DNA of 40,812 nucleotides from a virus. Its lineage: Duplodnaviria > Caudoviricetes. This document shows, one piece after another, positions 1 through 6,409 of this stretch. The notes under the pieces are model-generated. The model did no database searches, was not told the origin of the DNA, and worked only from the letters and a program-made list of their open reading frames with translations. How positions within the stretch are numbered: position 1 is the stretch's first letter; each line of letters opens with the position of its first letter. The DNA lies in IMG/VR virus record IMGVR_UViG_3300009193_000003, positions 1-40,812 of that record; one strand, written 5' to 3'. Position numbers and translations under genes: made by a program.

Positions 1-123
1 AAATTAAACACTGGTTTCCTTAGTCATTTTTTTCTGAGTCGGTTGATGGGGATACCAGTAAACGCTTAACCTCTCGACTTGGGTTTAATATTATACTAAC
101 TGAATTATATTGCAAGTATTAAT
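1..123. repeat. Terminal direct repeat, copy 1 (circularisation overlap)
   Basis: 1-123 is identical to 40690-40812. Confidence 0.97.
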
Positions 124-194
124 TTGCATTCTGTGCCATTTAATTATATATTAATCACATCAACAAATAATTAACTTATATAAGCAGGTACACA

Positions 195-395
195 ATGGAT
201 TTTGCAATAACACTAAAGAAAGCAATGATTGACATGAATATTGACTCAGCAAAGGCGCTAAGCGATAAAACTGGCGTTAGTAGCTACATCACTAGACGTT
301 TACTAAAGAATGACGGCACATGTTGTTTAAACGACCTTAAAACTACCGCTGATTATCTTGGCGTTAAAATTACTTACACTAGTAAAGGGGAATAA
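195..395 (+). CDS. Cro/C1-type HTH transcriptional regulator
   Basis: 66 aa; SAKALSDKTGVSSYITRRLLKND...LKTTADYLGV fits an XRE-like HTH; divergent from the minus-strand recombination operon. Confidence 0.7.
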   Translation: MDFAITLKKAMIDMNIDSAKALSDKTGVSSYITRRLLKNDGTCCLNDLKTTADYLGVKITYTSKGE

Positions 396-396
396 A

Positions 397-648
397 ATGA
401 CAATCAACGATATGCACCCGACTGATTTAATCGAGCACAGACGCAAGCAAGCTATAGATAATCGAAATAAAATAATTAGTGATGCTAAAAATGATACTGA
501 TGAACTTACCTTTGCCGGTTCAATATCAGATAAAGCACAAGGCGAAGCTGCACAAAAAAGACGAGCGCGAATTAATGCTTTAGAAATGAAACGATTATTA
601 TCAGCTGATGATACTAGCGAGTTAAAAGAAATGATGAAGGATTTATGA
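397..648 (+). CDS. Hypothetical protein
   Basis: Likely start is ATG 397, after the AAGGGG SD; ORF track 358..648. Confidence 0.7.
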   Translation: MTINDMHPTDLIEHRRKQAIDNRNKIISDAKNDTDELTFAGSISDKAQGEAAQKRRARINALEMKRLLSADDTSELKEMMKDL

Positions 649-806
649 TGAATAACATACCACCAGGCGCAGAATACTATTATAAGCACACGTATTATAA
701 ATTTGGCGAGATGTATGCGTTATACTTCGCTAATGGCTCATGGAGACAATCAGCAAGTGTTACAAATGAAGAGTTAGCTTTAAGTGCAACTAAGATAAAT
801 AATTAA
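645..806 (+). CDS. Small hypothetical protein (53 aa, not in ORF track)
   Basis: MMNNIPPGAEYYYKHTYYKFGE...KINN*; AAGGA SD; ATGA overlap with the previous gene. Confidence 0.65.
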   Translation: MMNNIPPGAEYYYKHTYYKFGEMYALYFANGSWRQSASVTNEELALSATKINN

Positions 807-819
807 ACCACCACACAAT

Positions 820-881
820 AAAAAGCCCTAGCATTGACTAGGGCTTTTTCGTTCGGGAGATATAAAGAGAGAGGCTTTATT
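820..881 (-). ncRNA. Candidate anti-Shine-Dalgarno small RNA
   Basis: Extended -10 TGCTATGAT (rc of 887-895); CU-rich body CCUCUCUCUUUAUAUCUCCC; ends in the 821-849 terminator. Confidence 0.5.
821..849. terminator. Bidirectional intrinsic terminator
   Basis: AAAAGCCCTAG-cattga-CTAGGGCTTTTT between convergent genes. Confidence 0.85.
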
Positions 882-904
882 TGCTAATCATAGCACAAAC
901 CATT

Positions 905-1255
905 TTAATCTTCTAGCTCTTCGCAAGGTGACGGGTTTTCTTCAAACCTAACCGCTTTAATTGTCTTGTCACCGTTAAGCATAGCTTTCATTATTCTATG
1001 CCTGCCATCCATCAATTCGCCATCTTCATCAAGTATTATCGGATAACCTAAGTCTGCATCATTAACTGTATTCATGTGCATAACCATATCGCGCAAAGTT
1101 AAATTGTTATAAATGTAATAAACGTTTAGGTGCTTAAGCGGTATTTCCATGACTTCAAAATCTTTAACTAGAGTCAATAGTCTTGCTATCGACCAAAGAT
1201 AGTTACCAAGCTGACACTTCTGCCCTTCATCTATTTTAATAAATTTACGTATCAT
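905..1255 (-). CDS. ParB/Srx-like N-terminal domain protein
   Basis: YPIILDEDGELMDGRHRIMKA matches the ParB-like DGxHR motif. Confidence 0.75.
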   Translation of the reverse strand: MIRKFIKIDEGQKCQLGNYLWSIARLLTLVKDFEVMEIPLKHLNVYYIYNNLTLRDMVMHMNTVNDADLGYPIILDEDGELMDGRHRIMKAMLNGDKTIKAVRFEENPSPCEELED

Positions 1256-1452
1256 TTAATCATTCCTTTCTTTCTCATATTGCGCTTAATGCGCCTTGCC
1301 TTTGCTTTTGATGTGCTAGTAAAGTGCCATTGTTCGCACAACGGGCATTGATAAATTATTAACGCTTTTACTTTACCAGCTCCGTATACTTTATCATGAT
1401 GATAACGTTTAGCCTCTTTTTTAGACTCAAACGCTATCTTGTTGCATGTCAT
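1252..1452 (-). CDS. Small Zn-binding phage protein
   Basis: C..K.AF.SKKEA...YQCPLCEQWHFTS. Confidence 0.7.
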   Translation of the reverse strand: MTCNKIAFESKKEAKRYHHDKVYGAGKVKALIIYQCPLCEQWHFTSTSKAKARRIKRNMRKKGMIK

Positions 1453-1670
1453 TAGCTTTCCTTTTCTAGCTCTTCAATTTGACGCTCTAGATACCATTTA
1501 GCTTTCTTTAAATCCTCAAGCCCGTTTTTTCTTTTGTATCTTGATACGTATTTAATTACGTTAGCTATACACCATGTAAAATCACCTTCGTTAGCTATAA
1601 TGTAATCTAAAGGCGAAAGCTGCATATCTGTGTAATGATTCGGTTCTATTGGGTTATCCATTCTATTCAC
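1452..1670 (-). CDS. DUF3310 (SaV-like) protein
   Basis: PNHY...NVIKYVSRYKRKNGLEDLKKAKWYL. Confidence 0.85.
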   Translation of the reverse strand: MNRMDNPIEPNHYTDMQLSPLDYIIANEGDFTWCIANVIKYVSRYKRKNGLEDLKKAKWYLERQIEELEKES

Positions 1671-1713
1671 CGTACTTTTTAACGCACTCTTTAAGATGCA
1701 CTTGTTGGTTTAT

Positions 1714-1956
1714 TTAAACTATAAGCCCAAGAGCCCGCCTAACCTCTAAATCAATATGATATTCCTTAGCGTTAGTGTATGAGTGAGAATAATCACCGCT
1801 GCAATCACTAGCACCGCAACAGCAAACATCAGGATCAACTTTTCTGTATTTAAATTCAAATCTCTTTTTGAGTAACCACCTTTTTACTCCCATAACCTAC
1901 TTCACCAAATAATCAGTTGCTTTAATATTAAACTCACTGTGCAAGCTGTTAATCAT
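1714..1956 (-). pseudogene. Small gene interrupted by an in-frame TAG (or a shorter gene starting at 1893)
   Basis: Strong RBS AGAGAGATATAAC-ATG; MINSLHSEFNIKATDYLVK*VMGVKRW...CCCGASDC...LIV*; TAG at 1897-1899. Confidence 0.5.
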
Positions 1957-1985
1957 GTTATATCTCTCTTTGTTTGTTGGCTGGT

Positions 1986-2201
1986 TTAAATGGCGTCGAT
2001 GCTTTTTAAATGGTCATAATCGAAATGGTCATACTCTCCGATTAACTCTATTTTATTTAAAGTGTAATCTTTTTCTTCCTTTACTCTCTCAGCTTGCGCT
2101 AAAATCAAAGCATCACTTTGATTGGCGGCACTAACGACAACAAATTCAGGCTTGTAATTACAGTTTGAGAACCATACTTGGTAATTGCTATACTCTTTCA
2201 T
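1986..2201 (-). CDS. Hypothetical protein
   Basis: 71 aa ORF; AAGGA/AGAGAG SD. Confidence 0.7.
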   Translation of the reverse strand: MKEYSNYQVWFSNCNYKPEFVVVSAANQSDALILAQAERVKEEKDYTLNKIELIGEYDHFDYDHLKSIDAI

Positions 2202-2222
2202 CTCTCTATTCCTTATGTGTTG

Positions 2223-2441
2223 TTAAAATGCTTCGTGTTCAAAAATAATTTCACTTGGTGCGTTATTGTAAACTTCAGCAGATTCTTTATATAAAAATAA
2301 CATACTTTTAATTACATGTGCGTAGTCAGAATCCTTATCATCAAGAATGTCGTAAGACCTTTGCGCGTCACTAACTTTTTTATTTGCAGCAACTCTCGCT
2401 GACTTAATACTGTTACTGTAGATATTTTTTAAATCATTCAT
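2223..2441 (-). CDS. Hypothetical protein
   Basis: 72 aa ORF; AGAGGG SD. Confidence 0.7.
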   Translation of the reverse strand: MNDLKNIYSNSIKSARVAANKKVSDAQRSYDILDDKDSDYAHVIKSMLFLYKESAEVYNNAPSEIIFEHEAF

Positions 2442-2496
2442 TATATAAACCCTCTCTTGTTGTTTGTTATTGACTTGCTTTATTTTAAATATATAA

Positions 2497-2899
2497 GGTC
2501 ATTAGATACGTATGTCATGGATGGGGTTAGCATCTAACTAAGTATCTTTAACCTTTCAATTATACAAATCAGTATTAACATATCATTTCACATCCGTGTT
2601 GGCTGACCAAACCATATAACCATGACTAAACTGTTATTTATCCGCGTATCTAAACGTTAATTTGTATAAAGATAATTCTTGATTGCTTATTTTTAGGCTT
2701 AGCTAGCACTTAGGTTTTTTACGATAACCGATAGAATTCGGCAGATGGAGGCTTTTTGATAGGCAATAAAAAAGGATACTTGGAACATGTAACCCCGTTT
2801 GGCGGAGGGTGTAATCTGACAGAATGACCCATCGAAATTACATGTTCTAAATACCCTTTGCCAGATTTACTTTTCAAACAGCCGCCAAGCTGCAATTAC
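2497..2899 (-). ncRNA. Large structured non-coding RNA element, copy A (leader plus pseudoknotted core)
   Basis: No long ORF; homologous to 22694-23060 with compensatory base changes; promoter TTGAAA (2923-2928) 16 bp from TAAAAT (2901-2906) on the minus strand. Confidence 0.75.
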
Positions 2900-2908
2900 T
2901 ATTTTACA

Positions 2909-3217
2909 CTACTCTCCTTTATTTTCAAGTTTAAGTTTTAAAGATAATATCGCATTAAGCTTATCTGTATAAAACCCCTCCATAGAGATTAATTGATCAA
3001 GAGCGAATGATTCAGCCTGTGATTTTTTAGTAAAAGCTCTTTGCTGAAAATATATTTTTTCCTCGCTAGTTATCCATCCTGAGAATTGCTTAAGATTAAA
3101 CACAACCTCTTGACGATCCCACTTGCCTGACATTACTCTAAACCCCTTTGGCGTTTTATTTACTAACTTATGGGTTTCAATTTCACCAAACGTTGCTGTG
3201 TATATCAATTCACTCAT
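2909..3217 (-). CDS. Hypothetical protein
   Basis: 102 aa ORF coupled to the upstream gene; GGAG SD. Confidence 0.75.
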   Translation of the reverse strand: MSELIYTATFGEIETHKLVNKTPKGFRVMSGKWDRQEVVFNLKQFSGWITSEEKIYFQQRAFTKKSQAESFALDQLISMEGFYTDKLNAILSLKLKLENKGE

Positions 3218-3624
3218 TACTTACTATCTCCTTGGTTAAGTGCCTCAACAAGCTCTTTAGCATCATTAAGCACATTGTAAGGTATTCTATCGAATGGGCT
3301 AGGATGATTGTCATAATCGTCATGTAGGTGCATATAATCAGAACCTAACACAAGAGTTTTGCGCGAATCTGATTTGTCGTATTTATTACCACCTGTAGCA
3401 CATACTGACTTTAATTTGTCATAAGTACACCCACCATGGAAAGGTAAGTTATTCATAGCACCTTCAGGGTTGTTAAATAAACCGTGAGATTCAAATATAT
3501 TAGCGTAAACATTCCAATTCCATTTACCATCAAACTGCCAAGCCTTTATTGTTACACTAAATGTTTTCTTTACTGCGACCTTAAATTCAACCACTGCTTT
3601 AAATTCTTCTAGTTGTTCGTTCAT
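3217..3624 (-). CDS. Conserved phage hypothetical protein
   Basis: WNVY...FHGGCTY...LGSDYMHLHD, a motif pattern typical of phage HGG-T-Y proteins. Confidence 0.75.
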   Translation of the reverse strand: MNEQLEEFKAVVEFKVAVKKTFSVTIKAWQFDGKWNWNVYANIFESHGLFNNPEGAMNNLPFHGGCTYDKLKSVCATGGNKYDKSDSRKTLVLGSDYMHLHDDYDNHPSPFDRIPYNVLNDAKELVEALNQGDSK

Positions 3625-3744
3625 TTTTCCATCTCTCTATTGGTTACTCGTTGTTGATGAAATTAATATTAACACAATATATTGACAATGCAACAGACTT
3701 CTATCAGAATAGATACACATTCAACACAGAGAGATGATAAGCGC

Positions 3745-4245
3745 ATGAATAAGAAAGGAACTAAGGGTTATTACATTAAGCAGATTAATCAAAAACGCCT
3801 CGAGCAACACGGAGCCGAATTAGATATACCTCATTGCAAACCTAGCGCTAGTTTATACCTAGATATTCTATTAGATGAGCACTTTGCCGCGTTAGAAAAG
3901 AAAGCAGCTAAAAAGAAACCTAAGACCGAATTGGTTGAGCCTGAATTCAATTTCAAGAATGAGCTTTTATTTCATGGCGCAGATAAGCAAAAAGCAGAAG
4001 ATTGGATGTTAGTTAGAAAAAATAAAAAGGCAGTTAATACCGAGACTGCTTTAGCAGGATTTTTAACGGAAGTTAACAAGGCTGGAATTACTGTTGCCGA
4101 AGCAGTAAAGGTTGCAGCAGAAAGTAGCTGGTCTGGATTTAAGGCTAGTTGGTACGCAAACAGTGACCGATCAAAAAACAACACCGACATACTAGCGATA
4201 TCATCTGCTAGTGATTGGCATTTAGAAGAAGATAAAGGGTTTTAA
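3745..4245 (+). CDS. Replication-module protein: RHH-like N-terminus plus lambdoid initiator (O-like) C-terminal domain
   Basis: DWMLVRKNKKAVNTETA...KAGITVAEAV...SWSGFKASW resembles lambdoid initiator C-termini; directly upstream of the P-like gene; TTGACA at 3682-3687. Confidence 0.6.
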   Translation: MNKKGTKGYYIKQINQKRLEQHGAELDIPHCKPSASLYLDILLDEHFAALEKKAAKKKPKTELVEPEFNFKNELLFHGADKQKAEDWMLVRKNKKAVNTETALAGFLTEVNKAGITVAEAVKVAAESSWSGFKASWYANSDRSKNNTDILAISSASDWHLEEDKGF

Positions 4246-4246
4246 C

Positions 4247-4969
4247 ATGAAAGATTTATCAAACCTAGTTAATAACTACAAACCAATTGCCGAACATAAG
4301 CAATCACCAGTTATTGATGATTTCGCTAAAAGCATTATTGATCGAGTATTTGATAACCTAGCCATTATATTTCCTGCATGGAAGCACAATTGGAAAAGTG
4401 ACGATCCGAATCAGCCTGATAAAGTTTTAAAAATGGCTAAGCGCGAATGGACAAAAGCATTTGTTGAAAACGACATTTCTACGTTAGATCAAATTAGCTG
4501 CGGATTCGCTAAAGCTAGGCGCGCTGAAACAGATTTTTTACCTAGTTGCGGAAAGTTTATTTCTTGGTGTGCGCCCGATGCTGAAGATTTAGGATACCCA
4601 AGCGAGCAAAAAGCTATGCGTTCGTGTGTCGCTTATCGCGCCAATGTAAAACTAGGGTTACCAAGCACAGCAAGACCGTTAATAGTTGAGTTGTGCAAGC
4701 GTGTTGATTGGTGGATGATTAATGCTGTTAACTCACAAGCGACACAAGCAAAAGCAGATAAACACTTCAAAGAGGTTTATATTGCGCTGATAGCATCTGA
4801 TTACCGTGAGCCAGAAGAAACCACGCACGAGCGACTAGAGACTAGCGAAGTTACTAAGCAACGAATGAGTCCACAGCAAAAAGAAGATAGCGTACAGCGA
4901 GGATTAGACGCCATGAAAGCGGTTAGAGCTAAGTTAAAAGCTAGTAAGCTAGACAATAAACAACAATAG
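4247..4969 (+). CDS. Lambda P-like replication protein (helicase loader)
   Basis: F..L..IFPAW...AKREWTKAFVENDI..LDQI..G..KAR....FLPSCGKFISWC. Confidence 0.85.
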   Translation: MKDLSNLVNNYKPIAEHKQSPVIDDFAKSIIDRVFDNLAIIFPAWKHNWKSDDPNQPDKVLKMAKREWTKAFVENDISTLDQISCGFAKARRAETDFLPSCGKFISWCAPDAEDLGYPSEQKAMRSCVAYRANVKLGLPSTARPLIVELCKRVDWWMINAVNSQATQAKADKHFKEVYIALIASDYREPEETTHERLETSEVTKQRMSPQQKEDSVQRGLDAMKAVRAKLKASKLDNKQQ

Positions 4970-4985
4970 GAGATATAAGAATGAA
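4957..4985 (+). repeat. 29-bp direct repeat, copy 1 (RBS and start codon)
   Basis: TAAACAACAATAGGAGATATAAGAATGAA, identical at 5898-5926. Confidence 0.95.
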
Positions 4986-5148
4986 AGATTGGGAGCTAAA
5001 AATAATGAATGAAAAGCTAAAAAACAATAGCTATTTAGTTACTTCTGGTCGTGATCTATTTTTATGTAACAAAATAAATGGCGAGTACATTGTTAAAAAT
5101 AAAAATAAAGATGTAATAAAAAACCCTTTAAAGGCTATTAAATTATGA
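4981..5148 (+). CDS. Small hypothetical protein (55 aa, not in ORF track)
   Basis: AGGAG SD; MKDWELKIMNEK...AIKL*; ATGA overlap with the next gene. Confidence 0.65.
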   Translation: MKDWELKIMNEKLKNNSYLVTSGRDLFLCNKINGEYIVKNKNKDVIKNPLKAIKL

Positions 5149-5900
5149 AGCATTATCACGGTGGCCCAATTACGCCAGCATCTTGCGCTATGAAGACTTG
5201 GAAGAACGGTTTTGCTTTTGTTAGTTGGGCGCACACCAGTCAACTACATCTAGCCTTAGATATTAGCCAGGGTGTTGGTATTGATAACGGTGCGTTTACT
5301 TTCTGGAAGTGCAAGCAAGCAACCAATTGGGTTCCATACTATGACTTTGTTAGGGCATTAAAAAACCATCCTAGATTTGATTTTTGTATAATTCCCGATG
5401 TTATTGATGGCGGTGAGATTGAAAATGACAATCTTTTATCAGAATGGCCTGAAGATTTAAAAGGTTTTGGTGTTCCTGTTTGGCACATGAATGAGTCAGA
5501 CGAAAGATTCATAAGGCTATGCAATGACTATGACCGTGTTGCTATCGGATCTTGTGGCGAATATGACGTAACAAAATCTAGAGCTTGCGTATCAAAACTA
5601 AAAGATGTGATAAGGCATGTTGTTGATGAAAGCGGATATCCAATAACTAAGTTGCACATGCTACGGGGTTTAAATAAAAACATATTTAAACACTTGCCTT
5701 TTGCATCAGCTGACAGCACAAACATAGCTAGAAATATTGGTATTGATAAAAATTGGGAAAATGGAAATTACCAACCGAAATCAAAAGAGGTCAGAGCATA
5801 CGTTATGAAAAACAACATTGAATCGGTAAACTCTGCTAGCTCATTAATTTATAATGAATCGACAGATAAAGTAAGTATACAAATGGCTTTTGAAATTTAA
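5145..5900 (+). CDS. Conserved phage protein, possibly a TGT/DpdA-like base-exchange enzyme
   Basis: HYHGGPITP, DNGAF, IPDVI, PVWH, HMLRG and SADSTN motifs; function inferred. Confidence 0.5.
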   Translation: MKHYHGGPITPASCAMKTWKNGFAFVSWAHTSQLHLALDISQGVGIDNGAFTFWKCKQATNWVPYYDFVRALKNHPRFDFCIIPDVIDGGEIENDNLLSEWPEDLKGFGVPVWHMNESDERFIRLCNDYDRVAIGSCGEYDVTKSRACVSKLKDVIRHVVDESGYPITKLHMLRGLNKNIFKHLPFASADSTNIARNIGIDKNWENGNYQPKSKEVRAYVMKNNIESVNSASSLIYNESTDKVSIQMAFEI

Positions 5901-5926
5901 ACAACAATAGGAGATATAAGAATGAA
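5898..5926 (+). repeat. 29-bp direct repeat, copy 2
   Basis: Identical to 4957-4985. Confidence 0.95.
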
Positions 5927-6068
5927 CAGCAAAGAGAGGTACAACAAACGGATAGATGACTACATATTAAAACTTCACGACTGCGGCTGCACAGTTGAGC
6001 AGATACACAAAGAAACGCGCAAAAGTTTTTTACACATAAATAAAATGATAGAGAGATATAGAAAATGA
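5922..6068 (+). CDS. Small HTH-like protein (48 aa, not in ORF track)
   Basis: ILKLHDCGCTVEQIHKETRKSFLHINKMIERY; AGGAG SD. Confidence 0.6.
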   Translation: MNSKERYNKRIDDYILKLHDCGCTVEQIHKETRKSFLHINKMIERYRK

Positions 6069-6235
6069 AAAAAGTAATTATAAGAACTCGAGAGGGTGAG
6101 TTAACAGATGATATGTGGTTGTTTGGCATTAACTGTGCAAAGTCTTTTGTTAGTGATTTAAAGAAAGAAGCTTACGGTAGTGATTTGAGAGACTGCGGTT
6201 ACTCAAATTTTTTTTTAGCGCGTGTGCAAATTTAA
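6065..6235 (+). CDS. Small hypothetical protein with possible -1 frameshift extension to 6285
   Basis: MKKVIIRTREGELTDD...; T9 tract at 6208-6216. Confidence 0.55.
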   Translation: MKKVIIRTREGELTDDMWLFGINCAKSFVSDLKKEAYGSDLRDCGYSNFFLARVQI

Positions 6236-6409
6236 ACAAAAACGGAACTATTAGCGTTTGTGTATTTAATAAAGCCAAGGGTTAATAATGAATAAAGAAA
6301 CACAATCACAATACTATCAGCGCAAATATTAAGAGACGCAAGATAGCGCTTATTTGAAAATGTTAGAGAATTTAAAGGAGAGGGGTTAATTATAAAAGAC
6401 TGGATTAAT

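Noticed and set aside
905-1255. ParB-like gene as evidence for a phage-plasmid partition system
   Set aside because: Only the short N-terminal domain is present; no HTH, ParA or parS array
1897-1899. Genome-wide TAG recoding
   Set aside because: TAG is the normal stop of several genes (e.g. 4969, 7549, 24033), long genes are intact in code 11, and no suppressor tRNA was seen
1975-2230. GTTTAAAT and GTTAAAA at gene ends as further attC sites
   Set aside because: No matching left arm or complementary cassette end was found
2497-2899. Twin elements as CRISPR, tRNA, group I/II intron, retron or IS ends
   Set aside because: No repeat-spacer periodicity, no cloverleaf with T-loop, no interrupted gene or domain V, and no reverse transcriptase, transposase or TnpB/IscB in the genome
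3682-3744. TTG start at 3682 for the replication protein
   Set aside because: It coincides with a TTGACA -35 box and lacks an RBS; ATG 3745 is preferred
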